Below are positions 9,122 to 20,139 of a DNA stretch of 64,000 nucleotides, one piece after another. The stretch is from Parcubacteria group bacterium (GTDB taxonomy: Bacteria > Patescibacteriota > Minisyncoccia > Phycocordibacterales > Phycocordibacteraceae). Position numbers and translations under genes: made by a program. The DNA is taken from assembly GCA_028286615.1 (NCBI GenBank), contig JAQBRG010000002.1:31235-95234 (forward strand), given 5' to 3'. The notes under the pieces are model-generated. The model had not been told where the DNA came from. It made no database searches and worked only from the letters and a program-made list of their open reading frames with translations. Numbering within the stretch: position 1 is the first letter of the stretch; every line of letters starts with the position of its first letter.

Positions 9122-12100
9122 ATGGCACCACAACACAATTTCTCTGGGAATTCTTCGGGTCCGAAGAGGACAGGCGGTCCACGCCGAAACGAATGGAATG
9201 CGCTCAAGCTTTCGCTTGCGTCTCCTGAGCGTATCCTCGAATGGTCTCGTGGCGAGATCACCAAGCCGGAAACCATCAACTACCGCACCCAGCGCTCTGA
9301 AAAGCACGGACTCTTCGACGAGAAGATCTTCGGCCCTGAAAAGGACTACGAGTGTTACTGCGGCAAGTACAAGGGTATCCGTTACAAGGGCATCATCTGT
9401 GACAAGTGTGGCGTTGAAATAACCCGCAGCATCGTTCGTCGCGAACGCATGGGTCACATCGAGCTCGTTACGCCAGTTGCGCACATCTGGTTCCTTCGCT
9501 CAATGCCTTCACGTATGGCACTTCTTCTTGGAGTTCCTGCGGCAGACCTTGAGAAGGTTATCTACTTCGCGGGCTACATCGTTACGAAAGTAAACGAGGA
9601 CACGAAGCGTCGCATGCTTGCTGAGCTTGAGAGCGAGTACAAGACCAAGCACAAGGCACTTCAGGAAGAGAAGGAACGTGACGCTCTTAAGGAGCGCATG
9701 ACCACAGCTAAGACTGAGATTGAAAGCGTTGTGGTTGGACGCGTCTTTGACGAGATAACCTACCACCGCTTCTCAGTTCGTTACAGCACGCTCTTCGAAG
9801 CTAAGATCGGAGCCGAGGCTATTTACGACATATTCAAGAACCTCGACCTCAACAAGCTGAAGATTCAGCTCGAAGAGAAGTATCCGAAGTCTGCAGCAGC
9901 AGGCAAGGAGAAGCTCGCAAAGCAGATTGCGCTTGTTACAAACATGATCGCTGCGAAGATTCGTCCTGAATGGATGTTCCTCACGAAGATTCCTGTTATC
10001 CCGCCAGCACTTCGTCCTATGGTTGCGCTCGAGGGAGGACGTCACGCAACATCTGACGTGAACGACCTGTACCGTCGTGTTATCAACCGCAACAACCGTT
10101 TGAAGAAGCTCATCGACATCCACGCGCCTGAGGTTATTCTCCGCAACGAGAAGCGTATTCTTCAGGAAGCCGTTGACGCACTTCTCGACAACTCTATTCG
10201 AAAGAGCGGAGCGAGCGCCGGAGCACTAACTCCAGCACAGCGCCGCCCACTCAAGTCTCTCGCCGACTACCTTAAGGGAAAGCAGGGATACTTCCGCCAG
10301 AACCTTCTTGGAAAGCGCGTGGACTACTCAGGCCGTTCCGTTATTGTTGTGGGTCCTGACCTCGAGCTCGACGAGTGTGGTCTTCCTAAGCACATGGCGC
10401 TTGAGCTCTTCCGCCCATTCGTTATTGCAGGACTTCTGCAGCGCGAACTCGCGTTCAACATCCGTGGCGCCGGTCGTCTTATCGAAGACGGCGTAGCTGA
10501 GGTATGGGAAATCCTTGAAGAGGCAATCGCAGGGAAGTATGTTCTCTTGAACCGCGCTCCTACGCTTCACCGCCAGGGAATCCAGGCATTCCGTCCTCGT
10601 CTTATTGAAGGCGATGCTATCCAGCTTCACCCTCTCGTGTGTCCTGCGTTCAACGCAGACTTCGACGGAGACCAGATGGCTATCCACGTTCCTCTTTCTG
10701 AAGAGGCGCAGTGGGAAGCGAAGAACATGATGAGCGCTAACAAGAACATCTTGAAGCCAGGTTCTGGAAAGATGGTTGTTCTTACAGAGAAGCCGCTTGA
10801 TATCGTGCTCGGAACATACTGGCTTACGAAGGAAATTCCAGGAGCAATGGGCGAGGGCAATTACTTTGCTTCTCCTAACGCGGCTATCCTTGCGCATGAA
10901 TACAACGGAGTAGACCTTCGTGCACTCATCCACGTGATGCCAACACCTGAGAAGGCTAAGTACGCACAGTTCGAAGGAAAGACTTTCGAGACAACCGTTG
11001 GACGTCTTCTCTTCAACACCGTGCTTCCTGCAGACTATCCGTTCGTGAACGATGCCATCACCAAGAAGGTACTCTCAGCGATCATGATGGACTGTATCGT
11101 TCGCTACGGACTCGATGCTATTCCAGGTATCGTGAACAAGGTTAAGAAGTTCGGATTCGAATACGCAACCAAGTCTGGCGTGTCCTGGTCTGTTGACGAC
11201 GTGTCCGTGCCTGAGGGCAAGGGTGCTGTTATCGCAGCCGCACGTAAGAAGGTTGAAGCCGTTGAAGAGAACTTCGAGAACGGACTCCTCTCATCTGATG
11301 AGAAGCGCCGTATGGTTATTGAGATCTGGCACGGCACCAAGACTGAAGTTGAGAAACTCGTCGAGGAAGCGCTTGATCCTATGGGTTCGGTTGCAGACAT
11401 GGTGCGCTCAGGCGCCCGCGGTACGCTCGGCAACCTTACGCAGATGGCCGGTATGAAGGGTCTTATCCAGAACACGGCCGGCGAGACTATCGAAGTGCCT
11501 ATCGTTAACTCGATGACCGAAGGATTCAACCCTGTTGAGTACTTCATGTCGACACACGGTGCACGTAAGGGTCTTACCGACACCGCGCTCGGAACTGCTC
11601 GCGCTGGATACCTCACACGTCGTCTCTTCGACGTTGCGCAGGACTCTATCGTGACTGAAAAGGATTGTGGAACGAAGCGTGGTATTACGGTTGGCCGTGT
11701 GTCAGCTTCTGGTATCACTATCGATTTCGCTGAAGCCATTCGTGGACGCGTTCTCTCAAGTGAGGCGGGAGGTTTCAAGAAGAATCATTATCTTCTTCCA
11801 GAAGAAGCTCGTGCCATTGCCGAGAACACGGAAGTTGAGAACGTTATGCTTCGCTCACCTATGTCCTGCGAAACTCGCTATGGTATCTGTGGCATGTGTT
11901 ACGGAATGGACCTCACGACACAGCTCCCTGTTGATCTTGGAGAAGCGGTTGGTACGGTTGCCGCTCAGGCAATCGGCGAGCCGGGAACCCAGCTCACTAT
12001 GCGTACCTTCCACGCCGGAGGAACCGCGTCCGTTGGAGGAGACATTACCTCAGGTCTCCCTCGTGTTGAGGAAGTCTTCGAGAAGCGCTCTCCAAAGAAC

Positions 12101-12877
12101 GCAGCAGCCGTGTCTCGCACCGATGGATTCGTTGTTGAGATGCGCGAGGAGAACCGTGACCGCATCATCGTGGTTGCCGTTGAAGCTGGACAGGAGAAGA
12201 AGAAGGGAAAGAACGATGGAACATCTATCGAGTACGTCCTTCCATATCCTCGCCAGTCACTCGTTAAGGTTGGAGACAACGTGAAGAAGGGCCAGATTAT
12301 GTCAGACGGTTCTGCCGATCTCGACGAGCTCTTCGAACACGCAGGCCGCTCAGTGGTGCAGGAGTACATCATTGCTGAGACCAGCAAGATCTACGAACTC
12401 CAGGGAGCGTCTGTGTCTCGCAAGCACCTTGAAGTTGTTGTTAAGCAGATGTTCAGCCGTGCCAAGGTTACCGACGCCGGAGATTCCGATTGGTCTGTTG
12501 GCGACGTGGTTGAGCACTGGGAATTCGAAGAAGAGCGCAAGCTTATGGAAGACGATGGAAAGATTGCACCAAAGGTTCGAGAAATGGTTCTCGGTATCAA
12601 GGAGTCCGCACTCTCACGTCGCTCATTCCTTTCAGCTGCGTCCTTCGAGCAGACCACCAAGATTCTTATCAACGCATCTCTTAAGGGATCTGTTGATACG
12701 CTTCGCGGTCTTAAGGAGAACGTTATCCTTGGACGCCTTATCCCCGCAGGTACCGGATTCGCCGGAAGCCAGAAGTTCGCCCACATCCAGAAGATGCAGG
12801 AGCGCCGTGCTGCAGAGCAACGAGTTGTTGATGCAGAACGCCTAGCCGCAGAAGTTGCCGCTACGAACGAGGCATAA
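9122..12877 (+). CDS. rpoC: DNA-directed RNA polymerase subunit beta prime
   Basis: 1251 aa with N-terminal Zn finger [10 protein letters not shown]...CDKCGVE, catalytic [15 protein letters not shown], and [12 protein letters not shown]. Confidence 0.97.
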   Translation: MAPQHNFSGNSSGPKRTGGPRRNEWNALKLSLASPERILEWSRGEITKPETINYRTQRSEKHGLFDEKIFGPEKDYECYCGKYKGIRYKGIICDKCGVEITRSIVRRERMGHIELVTPVAHIWFLRSMPSRMALLLGVPAADLEKVIYFAGYIVTKVNEDTKRRMLAELESEYKTKHKALQEEKERDALKERMTTAKTEIESVVVGRVFDEITYHRFSVRYSTLFEAKIGAEAIYDIFKNLDLNKLKIQLEEKYPKSAAAGKEKLAKQIALVTNMIAAKIRPEWMFLTKIPVIPPALRPMVALEGGRHATSDVNDLYRRVINRNNRLKKLIDIHAPEVILRNEKRILQEAVDALLDNSIRKSGASAGALTPAQRRPLKSLADYLKGKQGYFRQNLLGKRVDYSGRSVIVVGPDLELDECGLPKHMALELFRPFVIAGLLQRELAFNIRGAGRLIEDGVAEVWEILEEAIAGKYVLLNRAPTLHRQGIQAFRPRLIEGDAIQLHPLVCPAFNADFDGDQMAIHVPLSEEAQWEAKNMMSANKNILKPGSGKMVVLTEKPLDIVLGTYWLTKEIPGAMGEGNYFASPNAAILAHEYNGVDLRALIHVMPTPEKAKYAQFEGKTFETTVGRLLFNTVLPADYPFVNDAITKKVLSAIMMDCIVRYGLDAIPGIVNKVKKFGFEYATKSGVSWSVDDVSVPEGKGAVIAAARKKVEAVEENFENGLLSSDEKRRMVIEIWHGTKTEVEKLVEEALDPMGSVADMVRSGARGTLGNLTQMAGMKGLIQNTAGETIEVPIVNSMTEGFNPVEYFMSTHGARKGLTDTALGTARAGYLTRRLFDVAQDSIVTEKDCGTKRGITVGRVSASGITIDFAEAIRGRVLSSEAGGFKKNHYLLPEEARAIAENTEVENVMLRSPMSCETRYGICGMCYGMDLTTQLPVDLGEAVGTVAAQAIGEPGTQLTMRTFHAGGTASVGGDITSGLPRVEEVFEKRSPKNAAAVSRTDGFVVEMREENRDRIIVVAVEAGQEKKKGKNDGTSIEYVLPYPRQSLVKVGDNVKKGQIMSDGSADLDELFEHAGRSVVQEYIIAETSKIYELQGASVSRKHLEVVVKQMFSRAKVTDAGDSDWSVGDVVEHWEFEEERKLMEDDGKIAPKVREMVLGIKESALSRRSFLSAASFEQTTKILINASLKGSVDTLRGLKENVILGRLIPAGTGFAGSQKFAHIQKMQERRAAEQRVVDAERLAAEVAATNEA

Positions 12878-12895
12878 GAAGTTTAGTGCGACAAA

Positions 12896-12930
12896 AGAAA
12901 CACCAGCTGAGAGGCTGGTGTTTCTTTTTG
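12896..12930 (+). terminator. Rho-independent terminator after rpoC
   Basis: aaacaccagc-tgagag-gctggtgttt followed by ctttttg. Confidence 0.65.
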
Positions 12931-13011
12931 CAACCTCAGACAACTTGCATAGTTACTGTTTTTGTGTTACTTTATATACAGGAACTGAACATCGAAAAAC
13001 GAGGTATTTAC

Positions 13012-14016
13012 ATGGCCCAGGCCCATACGAAAATCGATGCCGGCCTCAAGGCCGTTGTAATCGCCGCCGCTGGTTGCGAGTCTGCGCTTATGCGCAAGGC
13101 TGCCTTCCAGCAAGCTCAGCGCATGGAAAAGAGCGTGTATATCGGTGTGGTGATTCTGCAAGCTCTCGAAAGGGAGGAGTCGAATGACTGCAAAGTTGAG
13201 GGCCTCATCGCTCTCGGGTTTCAAGGCGTGCTCAGCGAACGGGTTCACGCGCTGCTCTCGAAGCTCATGATCAGTCATGAGCACTCGGGGAAAATCGCTG
13301 TGGCTGCGATCAATGCGTTCCTCGCCCTTCGTGGTGAAGCTGCGCATGCGATTTCGGCCGTCACGATGGTCCTCTCTTCGGACTGCGAAGCTGACTACCA
13401 GTACGGCGCGAAGAATGCCGCGATGAACACCCTCGTGAATATGGGGGAGCGCGGAAATCCTGCCGCCCCTGTTCTCGCGCAGTACATTCTGAACGAGAAC
13501 GAACGCGAGGAAAACCGAAGCATGGCTTGCTATGTCCTTCGGGACATCAAGGCCACGCCTGAGCAAGTGTCGGTGTCGCTGGCCAAATGTCTTCTCATGA
13601 AAGAAGCCAGCGTGGTCAGCTCCGCGCTCGACGTGCTCGAAAGGATTGGCGTCTCGAAAGAAGCGCTGCCGCACCTGATGAAGGCCTTGGAATACGAAGA
13701 CCCTGTTACGGGCCGGGTACGGAATCGAACTCCTGGAATTTTCGGGATGGGCACCTCTGACATGCACGAGTTTGCATGCAATCTGCTCGGAAGTCTTGGT
13801 AAGGATGCGAAAGAGGCCATCCCCATGTTGGAAGAGCTTCTGACTCGTTCTACTGATTTCCCCGGGAACCATCCTCATTCGCCCCCGTACGCGTACCGTG
13901 GGCAAGGCCGGCCTCGGAAGGTTCCTGAAGCTCCGCCTCCACCCCCGTCTCTTCGCTTCACTAGCGAAAGGGCGAAGGAAGCTGCCCGAAAGGCCCTTGT
14001 GGCTATCAGGGGATAA
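13012..14016 (+). CDS. HEAT/PBS-lyase-like repeat protein, hypothetical (track ORF 12886..14016; start ATG 13012)
   Basis: MAQAHTKIDAGLKAVVIAAAG... with repeated alpha-helical units (LGSLGKDAKEAIPMLEELL). High-GC composition. The antisense ORF 12967..13905 is Arg-rich junk. Confidence 0.5.
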   Translation: MAQAHTKIDAGLKAVVIAAAGCESALMRKAAFQQAQRMEKSVYIGVVILQALEREESNDCKVEGLIALGFQGVLSERVHALLSKLMISHEHSGKIAVAAINAFLALRGEAAHAISAVTMVLSSDCEADYQYGAKNAAMNTLVNMGERGNPAAPVLAQYILNENEREENRSMACYVLRDIKATPEQVSVSLAKCLLMKEASVVSSALDVLERIGVSKEALPHLMKALEYEDPVTGRVRNRTPGIFGMGTSDMHEFACNLLGSLGKDAKEAIPMLEELLTRSTDFPGNHPHSPPYAYRGQGRPRKVPEAPPPPPSLRFTSERAKEAARKALVAIRG

Positions 14017-14023
14017 AACCCAA

Positions 14024-14067
14024 ACCGCCGCCAGATGCAGAAATGCACTGGCGGCGTTCTATTTGCA
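14024..14067 (+). terminator. Rho-independent terminator
   Basis: accgccgccag-atgcagaaatgca-ctggcggcg followed by ttctatttg. Confidence 0.5.
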
Positions 14068-14107
14068 TACGAAAACAGGTTTCATATCTGAGGGTATAAT
14101 TTAGTTT

Positions 14108-14638
14108 ATGAAAATACTTCTTATTAGACACGGAGAGACAACCGGAGATCTCGAAGACCGTTATGGTGGAATATATGACGATCACCTCACTGAACTAGGT
14201 CAGCAACAGTTACATGAGACTGCTCAACAACTGGTTGGTGTACAGGTTGATAGGCTCTACACCAGCACACTTATACGAGCACAAGAATCTGCAAAGATTC
14301 TCAATGAAGTTCTTAAGACCGAGATAGAACTGGTTGATGGTCTACGGGAGCGCGACTACGGTGTCTTGGGCGGTCTAACTAAAGAGGAAGCGATTGAGAA
14401 ATATCCTGATGCTGTAGAGAAACATAAAGATCCTGCCAATACTGATCCTGAAGGAGAAAGTCTCACAAACTTCACTGAAAGAGTACTAAGCACATTCAAG
14501 TCTCTTGCGCAGCAGGGCGGAGAGATTGTCGTGATGGTGTCCCACGGTGGCCCGATTAAAACGATTATGAGGCATCTGAATATGCAGATTCCTCCCAAGC
14601 TTGGAGACGGAGAAATTATTGAAATTCAGCTACCTTAG
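14108..14638 (+). CDS. Histidine phosphatase family protein (phosphoglycerate-mutase-like)
   Basis: MKILLIRHGETTGD has the RHG catalytic motif. Length is 176 aa, with VSHGGPI near the C-terminus. Confidence 0.75.
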   Translation: MKILLIRHGETTGDLEDRYGGIYDDHLTELGQQQLHETAQQLVGVQVDRLYTSTLIRAQESAKILNEVLKTEIELVDGLRERDYGVLGGLTKEEAIEKYPDAVEKHKDPANTDPEGESLTNFTERVLSTFKSLAQQGGEIVVMVSHGGPIKTIMRHLNMQIPPKLGDGEIIEIQLP

Positions 14639-14833
14639 AATTGTAAATCTACTAGACAGAATGATGTCAAACGAAAACCCGCACAAGGCGGGCTTTCTCG
14701 GAACCCCTCACAGGGTATGTGCACAATTGTACGCCTTGAAATTCACGTTGCAATACTAGCTCCATAATCCTTAATGGTGTTGTTTTATGCAGGGTAGATG
14801 CTGGCCATACTCCTATCATCTTTTTGAAGTAGA

Positions 14834-16531
14834 ATGGAAGGAATGGCTGGCGATACCGTAGAACTCATAAAGCAGAAACTCAATATTCTGGAGGTGGTAA
14901 AGCCCTATGTGAAGCTAACGAAAGCAGGGAAGGACTGGAGGGGACTCTCTCCTTTCAATAAGGAAAAGACTCCTTCTTTCTTCGTGTCTCCAGATCGCGG
15001 TACCTTCTTTTGCTTCTCCTCAGGGCAGGGAGGCGACATGTTTACCTTCGTACAGAAAATGGAAGGTGTGGACTTCACCGGCTCTCTCAAGATTCTCGCT
15101 GAGAAGGCGGGTATTGAGATAACACGCGAGAGAACGGTTGATAGATCTCGATTGGATAAGCTGCGTGAAGCTCTGGCTCGAGCTGAACAACTCTTTGTAG
15201 AAGCACTAGAACCAACGGGAGAAGCATACAAGTACGCACTCTCTCGAGGACTAACGCCTGAGAGTATTAAGACCTGGAACATAGGTCTCGCTCCTGATGC
15301 ATGGCGCACCGTTCTAGAGCGCCTGAACGCAGAAGGGTTCTCTGTTGCGGAACTTGCCGCCGCCGGACTCATTAAAGAAGCAGATGGTAAGAGCGGTACC
15401 TGGTACGACAGATTCCGTAACCGGCTTATGTTTCCTATTAAAGATCCCGCAGGACGCACGGTTGCCTTTACAGGTCGCGCGCTATCTCCAGACGAACAGG
15501 CAAAGTATTTAAATAGTCCTGAGACCGAGCTCTACAAGAAGCACGAAGTTCTCTTTGGTATGGAGAAAGCAAAGGATGCTATTCGAACCCGTGGCTTTGC
15601 GGTGCTTGTTGAAGGGCAGATGGATTTGCTCATGCTGCACCAGATAGGATTCCAGAATACTATCGCGCTCTCAGGTACCGCGCTTTCCAAAGAACACCTT
15701 ACCCTTATAAAGCGCTACGCAGACAATCTCATGCTCGCGCTTGATGCAGACCGAGCGGGACTCGCAGCTTCTATGAAGAATGCTATTGCAGCACTTCGCT
15801 CCGGTATGCGTGTTAAGGCAGTACGCATGCCTGAAGGAAAGGACCCGGCAGATCTAGCGAGCGAAGATCCAGAGGGATTCAAAAAACGAGTGGCTGAAGC
15901 TGAGCCTGTTGTTGAGTTCTTCCTCTCAGTGCTTGCAGCGAGCGAGACCGATCCGCATCGCCTTATTCTGGCTGCGGAACGAACCGTACTTCCGCTCATC
16001 CAGGCCTTCCAAAGCCCTATGGAACAGGAGCATTTTATTGCCGTAACAGCGCGCAGTCTTGGCATAGCGCCAGACGCCGTACGAGCTTCTCTGAGCCGTC
16101 TTCCTCGGGAAGGGAACCTTGACTCCGGTCCCGTGTTTCAAGCTCCTAGAGAGGTTCCTGTAGCCCCAAAACTCACACAGGGAGCTGAACGATACGGCCT
16201 TCTACTTCAGGCAGTTGTTGCCAATTATCCGGACACAGAACTTGCTGAAATGCTCAAAAGCGAGTATTCTCGTATTATCGGAGCGGCGTTCCCAGACGAT
16301 CCTATCCCTGAGCGAATCGTATTCGAATCAGGGCAAGCCTTTGGCGAGGACCCGGGACTACACGCAGCAGACGACCTCATACGTTCCTTTGAAAAAGCGG
16401 TCCTCGGAGAGAGGCTCGCTGAAGCTACTATGCGCCTCCGCATGGCAGAGACCTCAAAAGATACCGACGCGATTATACAAGCGGCAGATGATTGCCGAGA
16501 TCTTGCAAAGCGTTTCGCATCGTTTTCATAA
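14834..16531 (+). CDS. dnaG: DNA primase
   Basis: Zn-ribbon-like N-terminus, Toprim region (EGQMDLLMLHQIG...LALDADRAG). Lies in the classic dnaG-rpoD operon. Zn ligands are substituted (see findings). Confidence 0.85.
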   Translation: MEGMAGDTVELIKQKLNILEVVKPYVKLTKAGKDWRGLSPFNKEKTPSFFVSPDRGTFFCFSSGQGGDMFTFVQKMEGVDFTGSLKILAEKAGIEITRERTVDRSRLDKLREALARAEQLFVEALEPTGEAYKYALSRGLTPESIKTWNIGLAPDAWRTVLERLNAEGFSVAELAAAGLIKEADGKSGTWYDRFRNRLMFPIKDPAGRTVAFTGRALSPDEQAKYLNSPETELYKKHEVLFGMEKAKDAIRTRGFAVLVEGQMDLLMLHQIGFQNTIALSGTALSKEHLTLIKRYADNLMLALDADRAGLAASMKNAIAALRSGMRVKAVRMPEGKDPADLASEDPEGFKKRVAEAEPVVEFFLSVLAASETDPHRLILAAERTVLPLIQAFQSPMEQEHFIAVTARSLGIAPDAVRASLSRLPREGNLDSGPVFQAPREVPVAPKLTQGAERYGLLLQAVVANYPDTELAEMLKSEYSRIIGAAFPDDPIPERIVFESGQAFGEDPGLHAADDLIRSFEKAVLGERLAEATMRLRMAETSKDTDAIIQAADDCRDLAKRFASFS

Positions 16532-16570
16532 ACTATATTACTCGTGTTTCTACACTAACTCCTTTTCCCT

Positions 16571-17854
16571 ATGGCTACATCGAAAAAGAAGGTTGCAAAG
16601 AAAGCAGCACCAAAAAAGGTTGCCGCAAAGAAACCTGTTAAGAAAGCCGCTCCTAAGAAAGCGGTTAAGAAGGCTGCACCTGCTAAGTCCGCCAAGAAAG
16701 TTCCTGCAAAGAAGGGAGCGCTTTCAAAGAACGGAAAAGCAATGGCCGTTGTGCGTGTTGCTGCAGGAGGCGCTAAAGCCAAGCTTGCTGTTGAGAAGGG
16801 AGACAAGGCTGAGAAGCTCGTACAGAAAGGAAAGGAGCGCGGCTACATTACCTACTCTGAGATTATTAAGGAGTTCCCGTACGTTGAAGACGACGTTAAC
16901 TTCCTTGAAGAACTCTACGAGCGTTTCGCAAGCAACGGCATCGACATCCTTGAAGGAGGCATGCTCGAAGATACAACTGACCAGTATCTCGCTACCCGCA
17001 ACATCAAGGGACGAGACTCTGCTACCTACGACTCCATCCAGATCTATCTTCGCGAGATTGGACAGTATCCTCTTCTAACCGCAAGCGAAGAAAGGGAACT
17101 GGCTAAGCGCATTGAGAAGGGAGAGGACGAAGCTCGCAACATCCTTGCGCGTTCTAACCTCCGTCTCGTTGTGTCTATCGCAAAGAAGTACGTAGGCCGT
17201 TCTCCGGACCTTACGCTCCTAGACCTTATCCAGGAAGGAAACCTCGGTCTCTTCAAGGCCGTAGACAAGTTCGATTGGAACAAGGGATTCAAGTTCTCAA
17301 CATACGCTACGTGGTGGATTCGCCAGGCTATTACACGAGCTCTTGCTGACCAGTCCCGCACCATCCGTATTCCGGTGCACATGGTTGAAACCATCGCTAA
17401 GTACAAGCAGATCTCTCGCCGTCTCGCACAGGCTCTAGGACGTGATCCTCAACCAGAAGAGATTGCTATTGAGATGGGTGTTGAGGTAGACAAGATCTAC
17501 CAGATCGAGAAAATAAACCAGGATACTCTTTCTCTTGAGAACCCTATTGGTTCAGATGATGACGATCGTTCAACCCTTGGTGACTTTATCGCAGATGACA
17601 AGATTCCTTCTCCGGTACAGGAGTCTTCAGAACGTATTCTTGGAGAGCAGGTTCGAGACATTCTCGAAGACCTCTCACCAAAGGAACGCAAGATTCTTGA
17701 GATGCGACACGGTCTTCTAGACGGCGTGTACCATACTCTTGAAGAGGTTGGAAAAGAATTCGGTGTTACTCGAGAGCGTATTCGCCAGATTGAGGCGAAG
17801 GCACTGGAGAAGATAAGGACGCATGAGAAGGCGAGGAGGTTGAAGAGTTATTAA
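16571..17854 (+). CDS. rpoD: RNA polymerase primary sigma factor (sigma-70 family) with Lys/Ala-rich histone-H1-like N-terminal extension
   Basis: Regions 1.2 through 4 are present ([23 protein letters not shown]; [18 protein letters not shown]; [14 protein letters not shown]; [18 protein letters not shown]). N-terminus is [43 protein letters not shown]. Confidence 0.92.
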   Translation: MATSKKKVAKKAAPKKVAAKKPVKKAAPKKAVKKAAPAKSAKKVPAKKGALSKNGKAMAVVRVAAGGAKAKLAVEKGDKAEKLVQKGKERGYITYSEIIKEFPYVEDDVNFLEELYERFASNGIDILEGGMLEDTTDQYLATRNIKGRDSATYDSIQIYLREIGQYPLLTASEERELAKRIEKGEDEARNILARSNLRLVVSIAKKYVGRSPDLTLLDLIQEGNLGLFKAVDKFDWNKGFKFSTYATWWIRQAITRALADQSRTIRIPVHMVETIAKYKQISRRLAQALGRDPQPEEIAIEMGVEVDKIYQIEKINQDTLSLENPIGSDDDDRSTLGDFIADDKIPSPVQESSERILGEQVRDILEDLSPKERKILEMRHGLLDGVYHTLEEVGKEFGVTRERIRQIEAKALEKIRTHEKARRLKSY

Positions 17855-17862
17855 AATTTAGT

Positions 17863-17888
17863 AAAAAGCCCGCTATGCGGGCTTTTTA
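17863..17888 (+). terminator. Rho-independent terminator after rpoD
   Basis: aaaaagcccgc-tatg-cgggcttttt. Confidence 0.7.
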
Positions 17889-18075
17889 CTAAACATACAG
17901 TTGTCTAAAAAAGTATCGAAGGATCTATTCGGATTAATAAAGATAAAAGCTCGGGAATGACTTAGAGACATGGATCCCTTTGAGATGAGTTCTCCGTCCA
18001 AGGCTTGTTAGAAAGTGTCAAATCGAGTTAATACTGCTACGCTCAATAAAAGGCATATAATAAACCTCGCCTCAT

Positions 18076-20139
18076 ATGAATATAGACAAGATCAGCATCA
18101 AAAATTTCCGTCTTCTTCAAGACGTATCTCTCTCGCTTGAAAAAGCGACAACGCTTATTGTGGGTAGGAATAACAGCGGAAAGACTTCTTTAACAGAGCT
18201 TATTCGCAGACTCCTCTCTGAAAAAAATGTATCGTTTCGTCTTGAAGACTTTTCTTTATGTGCACATGAGGAGTTTTGGAGTGCCTTTACTCTCCTTCAT
18301 GAAGAGACGACTGATGAGGAGGTTCGCAAAGCTCTTCCTGTTATTGAAGTATTGATGACAGTGAGTTATGAGAAAAACTCCGTCGACTTTGGTCCGCTTT
18401 CGAATTTCATAATTGATTTGAATCCAGATTGCACGTCCGCAATAATCGCAATCTCTTATCAGTTGGGAGACGGCAAAGTCAAAAACTTATTTGAAGGTCT
18501 TGAGTTTGATCAATCAGCACGTGGCGCTTTCTTTTTGGCAATGAAAGAACGTATCCCAAAGCTCTACAGTATCAGCCTAAATGCAATCGATCCGAACGAT
18601 ATTACGAATACTAAGGAGTTAGAATGGTCTAAGCTCCACACACTTTTAAATGTTGGTTTTATTAATGCACAAAGAGGACTGGATGACGAGACATATAAGG
18701 ACAAAGATATTCTCGGAAAGATTCTTGAGATTCTCTTTACAACAGCACTTGCAGAATCAGCTGACGAAAGTGACCGAAAGACTGCTCAAGATTTGGAAAT
18801 AGCCGTAAAAGGAGTTCAACATGATATTGATTTAGACTTCAATGAGAACCTAAGGAAGCTCGTGCCCGCCTTATCATTATTTGGTTATCCGGGTCTTGCG
18901 GATCCAGGACTTCTAACGGAAACAACCCTGGATGTTAAACGGCTCCTGAAAGACAACACAAAAATTAGATACACCGGCGTAAACGGCATAAGTCTACCTG
19001 AGGCCTTTAATGGTTTAGGTGCACGTAATCTTATATTCATACTCCTCAAACTTTTGGAGTTTTTCAAGACTTACAAGGCTAGTGCAGATACTCCAGGAAT
19101 TCAAGTGGTTTTTATAGAGGAGCCCGAGGCGCATCTGCATCCACAGATGCAAGAAGTCTTTATAAGACAGCTAGATGCCATAGCAAAGGTCTTTGCTGAG
19201 AAATATAACGGCGGTAATCCATGGCCTGTTCAGTTTGTTGTATCGACTCACTCATCCCATATTGCAAACGAGGCTTCTTTCGACGCTACAAGGTACTTTA
19301 TTTCAACTCCAGAAGAAGTTTCTGGAAAAGTATTCTGTAAAACACGAATTAAGGATCTGCGTGTAGGTTTGGATGGAGCTTCTGTTCCCGACAGAAACTT
19401 TTTGCATCAGTACATGACGTTGACTAAATCCGACCTGCTTTTTGCTGACAAGGCAATCTTAATTGAAGGGACGTCTGAACGTCTAATGCTGCCAAAGATT
19501 ATTCAACATGTAGATTTGTCTCAAGCTGAAGATGTAAAACTCGGTAGCCAATATATCACCGTCGTGGAGGTTGGCGGAGCTTATGCCCAAATCTTTTTTG
19601 AGCTTTTGAATTTTCTGGAACTTCGTACACTTATTTTAACTGATATTGATTCAGTGAAGACTGAGAGTGGAGCGGATACTGCTCACAAGAAGGCGTGCAT
19701 TGTTTCTGAAGGTGAACAGAGTTCAAATTCCTGCATAAATAATTGGTTTGTAGATGTTGAGTCTGTTCCCCAGCTTCTTTCAAAGACTTCGGACCAGAAG
19801 ATTGTGGGTATAAAGCGAATTGCTTACCAGGTTCCGGAAGCTGAAGGAGAGAGTTGCGGACGAAGTTTCGAGGGAGCTTTTATGCTCGCTAACCCCGTTC
19901 TTTTTGGTCTGGAGGGTAAGAGTATCCCTGAACGGGAGGCCGAAGTGTGGGATTTGACTAAGGGAATTCGGAAAACTCAGTTTGCTCTCAAGTACGGTAT
20001 TAATGAGACTGAATGGACCGCACCTTTATATATTCGTGAAGGGTTGCAATGGTTAGCAGGTGAACCGTCGGGTGTTCCGCATGCGACAACTGTAACAGTT
20101 GAAGAAACACACGATAACCACGAACAGAATATTTCTTAA
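18076..20139 (+). CDS. OLD-family ATP-dependent endonuclease (N-terminal ABC/AAA_15-type ATPase plus C-terminal Toprim), GajA-like
   Basis: Walker A: MNIDKISIKNFRLL...GRNNSGKTSLTE. Walker B: VVFIEEPEAHLHPQMQ. Toprim Glu: AILIEGTSERLMLPKI. Toprim DxD: LILTDIDSV. Confidence 0.8.
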   Translation: MNIDKISIKNFRLLQDVSLSLEKATTLIVGRNNSGKTSLTELIRRLLSEKNVSFRLEDFSLCAHEEFWSAFTLLHEETTDEEVRKALPVIEVLMTVSYEKNSVDFGPLSNFIIDLNPDCTSAIIAISYQLGDGKVKNLFEGLEFDQSARGAFFLAMKERIPKLYSISLNAIDPNDITNTKELEWSKLHTLLNVGFINAQRGLDDETYKDKDILGKILEILFTTALAESADESDRKTAQDLEIAVKGVQHDIDLDFNENLRKLVPALSLFGYPGLADPGLLTETTLDVKRLLKDNTKIRYTGVNGISLPEAFNGLGARNLIFILLKLLEFFKTYKASADTPGIQVVFIEEPEAHLHPQMQEVFIRQLDAIAKVFAEKYNGGNPWPVQFVVSTHSSHIANEASFDATRYFISTPEEVSGKVFCKTRIKDLRVGLDGASVPDRNFLHQYMTLTKSDLLFADKAILIEGTSERLMLPKIIQHVDLSQAEDVKLGSQYITVVEVGGAYAQIFFELLNFLELRTLILTDIDSVKTESGADTAHKKACIVSEGEQSSNSCINNWFVDVESVPQLLSKTSDQKIVGIKRIAYQVPEAEGESCGRSFEGAFMLANPVLFGLEGKSIPEREAEVWDLTKGIRKTQFALKYGINETEWTAPLYIREGLQWLAGEPSGVPHATTVTVEETHDNHEQNIS

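Noticed and set aside
6325-12845. Numerous 60-230-aa ORFs on both strands inside rpoB and rpoC
   Set aside because: All lie within the uninterrupted, motif-bearing rpoB and rpoC frames. Their composition is atypical (Arg/Ser/Pro-rich).
12967-13905. 312-aa minus-strand ORF antisense to the HEAT-repeat gene
   Set aside because: Arg/His-rich and non-protein-like. It is typical spurious antisense in a high-GC gene, and the plus-strand product shows a regular helical repeat structure.
16215-17078. 287-aa plus ORF overlapping dnaG 3' end and rpoD 5' end
   Set aside because: Out-of-frame, Arg/Leu/Ser-rich readthrough of real genes. Both dnaG and rpoD have clear motifs in other frames.
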